A DNA stretch of 63,965 nt, the filler included, from Dirinaria sp. TL-2023a (lineage: Eukaryota): assembly GCA_051941275.1 (NCBI GenBank). It is 3 parts of 3 records of this genome, joined end to end, with 100 filler letters (N's around TTAATTAATTAA, not from the genome) between each part and the next. Parts side by side here need not be neighbours in the genome. Positions count along the whole stretch, not along the records: positions 22,739 to 45,352 come from JAVEBF010000220.1; 2 more parts are not named here. One strand, given 5' to 3'. Made by a program: the position numbers and the translations under genes. Below the pieces are notes generated by a model that was not told the origin of the DNA, ran no database searches, and saw nothing but the letters and a program-made list of their open reading frames with translations. Each line of letters begins with the position of its first letter. The stretch's first letter is position 1. Of this stretch, positions 22,739 to 34,287 are shown piece after piece.

Positions 22739-23257
22739 GCCTCCCCCTCCCCTTCCTCTCCCGCCACAGCCGGGGTCCCATCATCAAACTCGCTCCCCTT
22801 CTGCCTCACATGCTTATCATACCTCGCATGCCCCTTCGACAGCTCCGGATTACCCAGACTCTGCAGATTCTTCGTGCCCACCGTGTCCGGCAAGGGATCG
22901 CCCGTGCCCGTTACTGTTTCCGGGATCGGTGCCGTATCGTTCACACTCTAAACCCATTTCATTCATGAATCAGCTTTCCCTTTTCCCCCCCTTTCCTTTT
23001 TTTTTTTTTTTTTTTTGTATAGGGGAAGGGCTTACACGTGGTATATCCCCCGTATTCTCAGCGACACCGCTAAGATCCGCAGAGCCCATGTCGTTCGGGT
23101 CTTGAGATGCGGGCAGCTCCTGTCCGCGGGCGGGTTTCGAGGGGATGTAATTTGGAGTGGACGACGAGGCGGGGACGGAGGTTCCTGTCGCGGCCATTTC
23201 GGAGAGGGAGCCGCCGGAGGGGAAGGGGTCTTTGGAGGGGTTTTCGTGGGAGGACAT
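22739..23257 (-). CDS. Small hydrophilic hypothetical protein, 3' end truncated by the gap (intron at about 23035-22948)
   Basis: MSSHENPSKDPFPSGGSLSEMAATG...NTGDIPR|GTAAGC...TAG|SVNDTAPIPETVTGTGDPLP...GHARYDKHVRQKGS runs into the Ns. Confidence 0.7.
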
Positions 23258-23559
23258 TGTTTTTTCTTTTTTTTTTTCTCTTTTTTTTTGGTGGTGGTGG
23301 TGGTTGTTGTTGTTGTTGGGCTTTGGTGTGAGCGGATTCTTGTTTTGGATGGGAAGGGGTGTGGTTAGTGGTGGGTTGTTGTAAGGTATTGATAGAGGTT
23401 TGGGAGGTTTGAGGCTCTGTATGACGATAAGGTACCTTGGAGTGTGGGGTGGGAGTGTCGTCATAAGGTAGGTAGGATACGGTACGGAGTACCTTAGGTA
23501 AGATACGGGAGATCGACGCCATAAGGTGAGTCCTACCGTAAGGCGATTGTATTGTCCGC

Positions 23560-23663
23560 CTAGCGCATTTCTCTCTCCGAAGCCTTTCTCGAGCGTTTGC
23601 AGCAGAGCCAATCACAACGCGGCAGAAGCGATGAAAGCATTACTCATCAATTCTTGTCACGTG
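23560..23663 (+). repeat. Dispersed ~105-bp direct repeat, copy A
   Basis: Aligns by eye with 26833-26937 (ctagcgc..aagcctttctcgagc..gccaatca..gcatKactcat..tcacgtg). Confidence 0.8.
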
Positions 23664-23768
23664 CTTTATGTTTTTCTTCAATGAAGCCATCAGAACACAT
23701 CTTCATCATCATCTCTCAAGGTCTCTCACTGGAAATCAATCTTTGCCATCATAACTCGTCTCCGCAAT

Positions 23769-24399
23769 CTACTCGATCGTCGGCGCATTCGAATCGTAGC
23801 CTACAGCAGCGTCGTCATCCATGACAATCTCCACAGGATGTAGGTTCCCCGCCGCGTCGATGAATGTGTACGTCCGGCTCCACTCCACGGTCCGATCGAC
23901 GGTCGAGAATTCAAGCATGTATTGAAAGTCTCCCTCGCTTAGATCTTCGTAGAGTCTGTATCGGTAAATGCCCGTTTTCCCTTGGAAATCCGCTTCGGTG
24001 TCTACCCAATCGGTGTCGTCGCCCACTGGCCAATTTACTGGATACCGGATTTCTTCAGTAGGGTGATAGCAACCCCCGCCATTTCCGCGGTGGTTGTGGG
24101 TGTACCCTGGTAGGGTGAGTCCCATTTCTTTTTGTGTCCGTTTCATTTGAGAGGATCTTTGGTAGGTCTGAGTACCCTTCTCGGTTGAACCGATCCTACA
24201 ATCGTCTTTGTCTTTGCGAGAGCGAGCATGGTCTTCCCACTGCTTCGTCAGTACGACAGCTCGCATGGAATGTATTGGAGAAAAAGCAATGATTTACTGG
24301 TATGCTAAGAACAAATTTGAAGTCGGGACTTGGACACGCAGTAGCAAAGACTACAAGGGGCAGTCCCAGCAAGATACTAAAGATAGCGTTGAATCGCAT
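23769..24399 (-). CDS. Small secreted hypothetical protein (intron 24297-24240; possible in-frame intron 24175-24107)
   Basis: Signal peptide MRFNAIFSILLGLPLVVFATA. A phase-0 intron with an ACTGAC branch point joins the 165-aa ORF (VNWPVGDDTDW...GIYRYRL...YTFIDAAG...YDSNAPTIE*). Confidence 0.65.
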
Positions 24400-26832
24400 G
24401 GTGAGTTGCTGGAAATCGACGTGGTTGGCTGACTTTGCTCCTTGTTCACTTCGAATTTGAGAATACTTAAATTTGAGTTGAAAAGAAAAAAAGAGGAGCA
24501 AAGACAAGCGAGACTTGATGTTTCGTTATGTAGTCAATGACAGAGAATCGGAAAGGTAAAACCAAGCAATTTGACTATGAGAGACTGTGGCCAACAGGAA
24601 ATCTTCCTGATAATCTCAGCTTTTCGAACACGATTTGCTCATCTCGTACCTTATTGTTTGTTGTTGCCCAGCAATGCATTACGCATCACAGCACAGCGGT
24701 CTGACCCATCAATCTGGCTTGCGTTCAATTGACATTCTTTGCGGAGAAGTTCGTACTCAATCCATCACGACTGTGTATGCATGGCTTCCAAGCGTCCGAA
24801 TCGGTATTTCGTCGCTGTGGGAACGTCTTATATCGATCAGCTTCGCCGAGGAACTCCGCAGTGGTACGCTTCGATTATGTGCGGAGTTTTACACTCTAAA
24901 GATTCCCAAATGTATGTTGACTAGTTCCGCGGAGGAGAAGCAGATGACCATGGACATCATCCTGCAACATGTTTTTGTCTTTGCTTCGATTATGGACGGC
25001 GGTTGCATAGTGAACGTCCTGTGTGCGCCAAGAGACCTCAAGTGCTTTTGATGCTTCTTGGACGCATGTATTTACATTACTAATTTGGGCTTCATCGGCG
25101 CCAAGAGCAACAAAACCAAAATCATGGCCTACAAAATATGGCCAATACGTCTGCATGTAGGCAATCCGAGCAGCAGAAGTAGTATCGACAGCATGTGCAG
25201 CATCTAGACGCTTGCCGCTCATTGATCCTGGCTGTGATCTTCCCGAAAGTCTTCCTGCAGCACGGAAGATAGCGTTGATGGTGATCAAGTCCAATCATAG
25301 ATCAATTTACGTTGCTCTATGTCGGACGCACCGAGAGCAGATGTCTTTATCACGTCGCGGAGCTCAACGGTCAAAGACATAACAGCGCTGGAGGCAATCA
25401 AGGTAGTAGACATGGATACCTCAGAAGCGACCGAGCTCTCTCAACTGTACGCTGAGATACAGAGCTGGAGATGCAGACACATCGAATCGTGAAAGAGCTT
25501 GGGATACCTGGCTTTGGTGATCCCTTTGGCCGGATCGAATGTGTCTGTGATATCCTGCTTGTGGTCTGATAGCTGGGAATATCTACCCGAATACCGTCAG
25601 CGTGGGAATCAGCTGCTCCGTTGAAGACCAAGGCGACAGATTCGGGCGCTGAATACGTGAGAAGCCTCCTTTGATGTATTTGCAACGCAAAGTCCGGTGG
25701 CGGTGAGGCTGCTTGGTGTGCTAGCATCTATGACCTTTGATGACATCTTTCTTTCGAAAATTCAGACACTGCATCGCCAGCTGCCCAGACAAGTCGTTCA
25801 CTTTTCTCCACCATGTTTGAACTAATACTTGGCTTCGGTCGCAGCGCTCTAACGAGGATAGCTAAGATGATGTCGCTTTAGAATGCCTTGACTTGTTCTG
25901 TGACGTGTCATAAGGCTAAACAGATTTTTCAGCAAATCTTCATAATTTCTCTGACCTAAGAGAGAGTTTTCGATTCTACCACTTGAGATTATCATTCGCT
26001 CGCTGATGTCATTTGACGTTGCTGCAACAAAAGAATTAGCTCTGGGAAGAGATCTTTCTGTGACTGATGACTAGCTGGTGTTCGTATGCAGTCTTGAGAG
26101 TGTGTTGACGAATATTTGCTGCTCTTCTCTCCGTCTTATATTCTAATTCCAATTCACATTGAAAGGGAGGGGGAGAGATATTAAGTGACCAGCAGCGTAA
26201 GATAGTAAAATCTTTTTGATGTATATCTATGCCGAAACTGTCTTGATAAGCTGGAAATGTCGAGATTCTACTGTCGCAACGAGTGATTTGACAGGATTGC
26301 TAGGAGGTTTTCAAGGATGTGAATATCCCGATCCAATACTACAGTCAATGGGATTCAACTGATTTGATGACACTCAAGATAGAAAGCTAGGGGTTTCGCG
26401 GCCTTACATACATTTGGCGATGTCAAAATACTATTTCTAAGCGAATTTCCTGCAATATGGCTTATCTCAATAGAACCACACTGTCTAGTAGTACCAGAAC
26501 GGGGATTCTGATATTGATACCTGTCGTGTAAAAGTATCATGCCTAGATGAATCAATGATTGTTAACGTGATTAGCTAGGATATAAGAATTCCACGGCGTT
26601 TGAACACCCTCTCCAACAGTTCTGGTAGTATCTACCGCCAGCTGCATGGAAGGACTTGGTGGACTCTGCAACAGTCTATGGTTTTCAAGTAGGTTTCGGA
26701 GGAGTCATGAGCCCTCGATTGGAAGCGCGGGGCTGTTACCAGAAAAGGTCTAGGGGCTGCCTGATTAGGGTTGTAGGGGCGAGGGGCCGAGGGGCCGGAG
26801 AGACGTACATAAGGTAGGTAGGTATTGACTAA

Positions 26833-26937
26833 CTAGCGCCATTCTCTTTCCAAAGCCTTTCTCGAGCATTTATGGCAAAGCCAATCAACAATGCGAGAGA
26901 GGTTGTCGAAGCATGACTCATCCATTCTGATCACGTG
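26833..26937 (+). repeat. Dispersed ~105-bp direct repeat, copy B
   Basis: Second diverged copy of 23560-23663. Confidence 0.8.
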
Positions 26938-28071
26938 TCGCTTGTTTCCCCCCCCGAGCTTAGGCGCGGAAACCTGTGCCTCGTTTTATGGCCTGCATTT
27001 CGATCTTCTATCCCATAAATGGCCACAAATCGTACCACCGGGATGTTCGGGTACACTAGCAGGGGGGGTCTGCAGATCATCCAAATAAACAGTCCCAATT
27101 CCCAAATCGCGTTTTTCTTATGTTTTGTACCTTATTGCTTCAATTATAACTCACCTAACAGGGCTGGATATGTTTTTGGATGTACCTACACATTAGACCA
27201 TCTCAGATCTCTGAGATGATCTAAAATTGAATGAGAGAAAGACGGGAGTCTTCGGAGATGTACGGCATGCGAACATGACTTGCTGTCTGGTCTTTTCCCC
27301 CACCGCAAGGCGCTGTCGCAGATATGGATCAAGCCTTGAGGAATGCGGGATAGCAGGACTTTAGCGTGCTGCAGGTTTACAGGACCAATGATACGACAGG
27401 AGCTCAAGCTTATCTGCTCTACTTATTACCTTATTGATTAGCTGATCTAGAGCGGCTTAGCACACCATTACCGGAGTCGTTGTGGCTGCCTTCTCGCTTC
27501 GCTCTAAGATCTGTGATGGAGCCCTGTCACTTGTCAACCTTGCCTTAGAGAATGGTCCAACACTTATGGAGGGCATATTTTCAAAGTGCAAGGAGGCTCG
27601 AAAACCGATGGCAACTCGACGGCGATGGGGTATTGATGCGAGAACTTGCGATGGCTAGAAGAGCTTATCAAGCTTCTTTAATCGTCTGTTCGACGTTCCC
27701 TCGCAGTCTCCACGCTGGCTGCGTGCCATTCTCTTTTACGACTGGGAGTGATCTTTGGCTGATTAAAGTACGGAGTACGGAGTACTTCTGTCTTGAAACT
27801 GCAGCCTCGTTTCAGCGACACGGTCTTGGCGCTTCTATATGCGCCCAATCGGAGAGTTCCGAGCTGTCAACCCCCCCCCTAGTGTTTGGCGAGCTCTCCC
27901 GCCTACCAAACTTGCATACAATTCAAAACAGGCAAGTGCGGTTCAGCCGGCGATGAAACCCATCCAATCTATTGCAAATGGCATAAGTACATCGATACTA
28001 CCACAACCTCATGATGTCTCTCGAACCACCCAAGCTCTCTAGTGGAAGTTCCATCGTCACTTCTGGACATC

Positions 28072-28950
28072 ATGCTGAAAATCACCCTCACCTCCTTCAT
28101 TTTCATCCTGCCGACCATATCCCTACACGTCCTTCTCCCCCTCTACCTCTACCCGGGTGATAACGCCGAAGCTTGGGAACCTATCTTCTCGACCATATCC
28201 ACCCACACGCAGGTCCAATTCGATGTCGTTGTCAACCCCAACAGCGGCCCTGGGACAACCGGTGCTCCCACAGACGCCAACATCATCGCCGGCATCCAGA
28301 AGCTGAACAGCTATCCCAACGTGCAAACAATGGGCTACGTACTCACCGGCCATGGCTCACGCGCCATGCATGACATAACCAATGATGTCGATACCTACGC
28401 GAGTTGGGGCTCCGATGACTCAAACCTTCATATCGGTGGCATTTACTTTGACGAAGTCAGCTCCGAGACGACCAGCACGATGTACTCCTTCTACCAGTCG
28501 GCGGCCGAGCACGCGCGATCCAGCATATCGGGAGCACGTATAGCGTTCAACCCGGGGACGATCGCGCCGACGCAGTATTTCGATTACTGTGACACGATGG
28601 TCGAATTCGAAGCTTCGCTCTCTGACTATCAAAGTCAGAATCCGGTCCAAAAAATCCCTGAACAGTATCATGAGAAGACGGGGTTCCAAATCTACAGCAC
28701 CCCCGCGGATACGGATGTGAGTCCAATTGTGCAGGCGGCGGCGGGAGAGGGCGTGGGGGCCATTTTCTTCGGCGTGGATTGCTGTTACAAGGTCTGGGAT
28801 GCTGGGTTGTTGAATGCTATGGCGGATGCTGTCAGTGGAGCGGGAGGGGCTGCCTCGAGTGAGCCAGCTGCCAATCCGCCGCCTTCTAACGCAACTCTGT
28901 TCTCTTCAAGAACTCCTAATTTCAACCTGAGAAGGAAGTGGTCCAAATGA
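28072..28950 (+). CDS. Spherulin-4 family / GH135-like secreted glycoside hydrolase
   Basis: Signal peptide, then LLPLYLYP, VVVNPNSGPG, MGYVLT, GGIYFDE and FNPGT motifs typical of the spherulin-4 family. No introns. Confidence 0.9.
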   Translation: MLKITLTSFIFILPTISLHVLLPLYLYPGDNAEAWEPIFSTISTHTQVQFDVVVNPNSGPGTTGAPTDANIIAGIQKLNSYPNVQTMGYVLTGHGSRAMHDITNDVDTYASWGSDDSNLHIGGIYFDEVSSETTSTMYSFYQSAAEHARSSISGARIAFNPGTIAPTQYFDYCDTMVEFEASLSDYQSQNPVQKIPEQYHEKTGFQIYSTPADTDVSPIVQAAAGEGVGAIFFGVDCCYKVWDAGLLNAMADAVSGAGGAASSEPAANPPPSNATLFSSRTPNFNLRRKWSK

Positions 28951-29928
28951 GCCCGTGTAATTTGGAGGCTTCTGAGAAGCTCCTCCGTCTTTCATATAAT
29001 CACTCAATTCAAATGACAATCAGAAAACTTCAACAAAATATCGACCCTGGTTTGTGCGTATCGATTTCCAGGGTATCCATCCATAAGGTAAGACTAAGAA
29101 AACCTCACCACCACTAACAAAATTGCCAAGATGTTTTGACGAAATCGGTTAGATTGTAGATGAGTCAGCAGACTCCGTGTATTTACTGCCCACAAAAGTT
29201 CTCCCTTTAATTTTCAGGCAATTGAGCACCGACACACATACATAGGTCCAATTCACCTCCAAATCATCAGAATCTGACATCATCGATATTAGGAGATGAT
29301 ATTAGGGTTACTGAAGGGGGATCAGTAAGCAGTGCCATTAGACTAAGATATCCTACTTGCTGGTAAACACCTCTAACTCGGACTTTATGCCTTTGAAACC
29401 CACAGTAAGATAACAATCGGGACTACCGGTTTATGTTAAGCCCAGGCAAGAATGGGCGGTCGTTCCTTGGCATGCCCATAAGGTGCTCGTTTATTTTTTG
29501 TTGTTGTTCATAGACCTCTCTATTGGGCAGTGTTACTGTGGTACTGATATAACATTGACGAGATGTCTATCTGGGATAGCTCATGACATCAATGGTGTGC
29601 TGGCCGATCTTGGTTTCGTTGATCCTGTTCGTTATGGCCGCTTGAAAGGGAAGAGTTGCTCGTCTGCTTGGCAGTCCCTTGAAACATTTTATCGGCCCTG
29701 ACGCGGAATGGAAATTGATGACGAGAGACATACTAATCACCTATCGGTGCCGATGCGCTGATGATTCAGGAGCTAGAGATCATGAGATCAGAAATGTAAG
29801 TCTCAAATACAGAACGTGCTTACTCGAATGATGAAAATATCTTAAATATCGCAAGCACAAGCTACAAATTCAACCCTTATGGCAGTATCACGCTTTCTTT
29901 CGCTTTACTTGCACTGTCATACTGGAAT

Positions 29929-30740
29929 TCAATGGTCATTCGTCTTAAGGTACTCCCTCACCGCATCCCTCACATCCACCGCTTCAATACCCACCAACTC
30001 ATTCTCCACCTTTTCCCAATAATAAAAAATTCGCCCATCCATCTTCTTCATTGAACTGCGAATTAAGCGCCAGACCTCTGTTGGCAAGCCTGGGCTCTCC
30101 CCTCTCTATACATTCCAGAGCATGCTGCTTGATCTTCTTCACATCGACACGCTCCACATGAAAATTTCTGCCCAATCTCCGTCTCCAGCGCTGCGAGGAT
30201 GTTATTCTGCGTGATGCCGCGCACTCCAGAAACGAGAATCGACCCATTCAGCACAGTACCCGGGTTCTTAAGCATATTCACCGTCGCGCGAGCAATAACC
30301 GGCAACGATGTCCAGCACGAAAGATTTGTATCAGCATCATTGATCGTAGCACGAATATCGAACCCAGCAACCCCCTTACGAAGCCCTAACCACAAGCAAA
30401 ATCCCTCAATAAATCTCGCAAAATCATCCATTACTCGACCAGTACAGTAACTCACACATATCAAAAAAAAAAAACAAAAAACGGCCCTCTCTATTCAAAC
30501 GCCATCCACGCGATCTCGCGCGCGGAAGCTTTGCCCTTCCAAATACAGCCTCACCTCACCTCGACTTTCTCCCCCACGACTTTCGGTCGGGAAAATCCGG
30601 AAACGCGGACACGAACTCGTTTGCAAAGAATAATTTGACTCGAGGCTATCGATGAGCAGCTTCTGCGTCTCGAACCGAGTGACGTCGCGAAGCACACAGC
30701 ATACGAGCGCATCTTGTTTGCGTAGTGCGTGCACCAGAGA
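29929..30740 (-). pseudogene. Degenerate NmrA/isoflavone-reductase-like oxidoreductase
   Basis: Fragments in changing frames: ALRKQDALVCCV...QKLLID, VGEKVEVR, IAWMAF, GFDIRAT, WTSLPVIARATVNMLKNP...ITQNNILAALE, VERVDV...ENELVG. Several frameshifts and stops; no N-terminal Rossmann exon found. Confidence 0.7.
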
Positions 30741-31880
30741 TGGTTTGGAGCTGGTTTGTTGTAGTAGTAGTAGTATATGAAGAAAAGATGTAAATTGAAG
30801 AAGAGCGGGTGAGGGCAGTGATGATGAAATGATCTGAGTTCAGGAGCGCATGAATGATTACAGATCCGACGTTTCCACCTAGCTAATTTCATAGGGATTG
30901 AGTTTGGAGAATGGTTATCTCATTTATTGATATGTGATTTACACCAATGACTGCTACTGTCTGTACTTGCATGAGTTCTATCTTATCTTATATCAGTGAG
31001 TTAACAAAAAAAATCTTTTTTTGCTAAGTTAATATTATTAATTATCATGGCAGTCAAAGTAACCTCCTCTCCATCAATGAGTCACATCACATCGCATCAC
31101 ATCGCACCAGCTATACTGTGCCGCTCGGCTGCTTGCTTGCTTAAATGCCAGACCTCCTCCAAACGCCCCGAATCCCCCCCCCTTCTATCAGATAACCACC
31201 CTCCCTTCCCTTTTTTCAACATCGGCACAACCAACTGTTACGACCTTGAACACTCTAAAAGCAGTAAGATAGGGCAACCAAAATCGCTGACTTGATTTAG
31301 TCGGTGTCAGATTTGGAGGTAATTTATGAGTTGAATTGGGTCTGTTTATTATGTGTGTATTGGTGCTCCAGGTGCTCCAAATTGCCTACAAACTAAAGGC
31401 AGAAACTTTTTTGGACAGTATAAATAGTAGGTCCCCGTGGGGGATCTGCTGACTACCCAAGCTTCGGTCTACTCTGACCGCTTTCGTCAAACCATACTTG
31501 GGCATTTTTTTCTTAATGGTGGTGAGGTTTTCTCGGTCTTACATTTTTGTTTTTTTTGGGGGGGGGTTAACAAGATCGATCGTGTGACGGCATATCCATT
31601 CTTGGGTAATAGATGGAGATGGTTTGTTTGTGTCGTTGTGAGGATAGGTTATGATGGGAGTTTCATGGTGCTAGGTTTTAATAAGGGGAAAGGGATGGGG
31701 GGAAGTAGGATATCTAACATGCCTCCATCAATCAATCGCTTTCTTTCAATTGGTGTCTCGATGATCGAAAGAGTATCTATGTTCTATGTGCAATGGAACA
31801 GAGAGAGAGAGAGCCACCCGAAAACTCAACTTCTCACGCACAAAAAAAAAGAAAAAAAATTCCCATACCAAACTCTTCCC

Positions 31881-34022
31881 CTACCGCTTCAGCATCCACT
31901 CCACATACCTCTCCCCCCCCGTCCACCTTGACGCCAACAGATTCGCAAACTCCCTCCTCGCCTCCTCCACATCATACCCCTCTTCCCCCTCCCTCTTCAA
32001 CCTCAGCGGCCAATGCGGGATAACTTTAAACCTCGACGCCGAAATGAGTCCCGCGCTCCCCGCGCACTCCCACAGCCGCACTCGCTCCACATGCAGTCTC
32101 CACAGCCGGCCGAAATCCCGCACCAGCGCCCGCCCCAGCAGGCACTTGTACTTATCCGGAGAAAAGTTTTCTTCGTCGTCGTCGTCGCCGCGGTGGTGGT
32201 GGTGCCAGGCTTGCTGCTCCGCGGTGAGACCGGCGAGGTCGAAGACGAGCTGCATTTGCTCGCGGAAAAGGGTTTTGTGAGCTTCTTCTTCGTCACCACC
32301 ACCGCTGGGGCTGGCGCGCTCTGCGCTGTCGATGGCGGTGAGGAAGAGCGTGATGATGGTGGCGTGAGGATTCAGTTCGCGGGGTTTGAGGAGCGGGCCG
32401 AAGAGCGACAGCGTGCTTCGGATCCCGACGTTGTTCTCGTCGCCCAGATTGCCCACGTCGATGCGGTCGAAGCCGAGGAAGGGGGCATCGCGCGGGATGT
32501 TCTGCGCGAAGGCGGCGATCTCGAGGGAGGACAGCTTGAAGTGCGTTTGGAACGAGGAGGCGGAGGCGGAGGGGGATTGGATCCGCTGGCAGAATTTTTC
32601 GAGGAGCCCGCGCACGTGGAAGTAGAGGAGGCCGTTCATGTCTGCTTCGGCGGTGCGGCGGAGGTTGGATGGCGCGAGGATATATTTCAGAGACCAGCCG
32701 TCGAAGGGGCTCTGGGAGGCGGTTTGCAGCCATGCACTTGTCTCGGCGTCGAAGAGGAGTCTTTCCAATCCATCTGGATTAGTATATAAAAGACTTAGCG
32801 GTGGGGGGCGCGGAGGTATGGAATACTTACGGGTTCGAGCAATCGAAGTGCTTGAGACTGGACCCAAAAGGCACAAGAACGCCTGTCTTCTTGAACCTTG
32901 CGGCATTGACACGCATCGCGACAGGTGCTTTATAAAATTCGAGCTGCAGGAGGTCGTCACGATCGGCGTCGAAGATGACTTTCTCACGCGCTTCCTCTGT
33001 GGTCTTGAGCTCCTGCTCCGCAAGCAGGGAAAGCAGGGCATCCCATTGCCGCCTGTACAGGCGGACGGTGATCTCTGTTGCGCCAAATCTCCATGTCTTT
33101 GACAGCAAGTTGACGTTGCCTCGGGAGTCGACGTTGGCCACTACATCTGCGATCGGCTGCCTGACATACACGTCGAGAGCCCGCACCATGTTCTGGGTCA
33201 GTTTGGCCGAGTAACACACGTGCAGGATAAGTTCCGCAGCCACCAAGGGAGGCAGCTGTGCGGCGATCAGAAGCATGGTGAGATTTCTCGCCCCGACGCG
33301 GAGGTTGTAGCTGTTCAGAACGATGGTACAAGTCCCTGGGTATGTGGGAGGGAGACGGTTGATAGTGCAGACCACGTTGCGGAGATCAGCGGATGCTAAA
33401 AACGGAGAACTCGTCAGCACTTCTGCTACTCATTTGAACTTTTCGAGATGGGAGTCGATTGTTCGCTTCGAGCCGAATACCCACAGAGAATTATCACCCT
33501 GGAGCAGAGCAGTCTCTATGTTACTCACCTACGAAACACAGATCGAGATCTCTCCTGTAGTCCTGGCCCTCCTTTCGGCTGATGTTGAGCACATCAAAAG
33601 CTGGCATATTCCCCCAAAGAGAGTTGAGATCGCCGGTATGCCGCAATGATGCGACATCGTCTCCAAAGTCTGGTTCACGGCCTTCTTCGGCCCAGAATGG
33701 CGTCCACGATGCGTCACCTAAAGCCGACGTGCAAGCCTTTTCGTGGCTGCTCTGGTGCAAGGCCTTGCACCGACTGCTGCAGTACTATTGTTGCATGAGA
33801 TTTGGGCTTCTGAGCTTCAGCCGGGGGGAAGGTACTCACGCTCACTAGATGGCAGTTGTTGCAGCTTTGCGTGCCATCATTTCCACAGTTCGCAACTTTG
33901 CCTTCGCCAATATCCCGGATATTTGCACATCGGGCCTTTCGACTCGGAATGTAGCCGAGAATGTTTATAGCCGTGGCAGCGGTAGATTGTGGAGCAGCAG
34001 TAGCTTGTTGAGCGTTCTCCAT
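31881..34022 (-). CDS. MYND zinc finger plus DUF4470 protein, 4 exons
   Basis: CAN...C...CNNCHLV|QYCSSRCKALHQSSHEKAC (MYND), then LWGNMPAFDVLN, ASADLRNVV, ARNLTMLL and FDRIDVGNLGD, typical of the fungal DUF4470 family. Confidence 0.85.
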
Positions 34023-34287
34023 CTTCGATGAGAGCAGGAGAAGAGAGCAAAGGTGGAAAGAACGAAGGATTAGAATGGACCAACAAGGAGCAAGGAACGT
34101 TGTCTGTTGAAGTGCCAGAGAATATTTAGCAGAACACGCAGCAGTTTGGTTGAGCGCTCTCCGTCGTTGGTTTGAGCAGAAGAGCAGGAAGACAAAGGTG
34201 GAAAGAATAAAGGATTAGGATGAATCGACAAGAAACCTGGTCTGTTTAAGTGCAAGAGAATATATAGTACGGTAACACGCAGCGGTT
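34007..34287. repeat. Imperfect tandem duplication, 2 x ~140 bp, covering the start and promoter of the MYND gene
   Basis: 34007-34146 and 34149-34287 share gttgagcgYtctcc, caaaggtggaaagaa, aaggattag, tctgtt.aagtgc.agagaatat and aacacgcagc.gtt. Confidence 0.85.
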
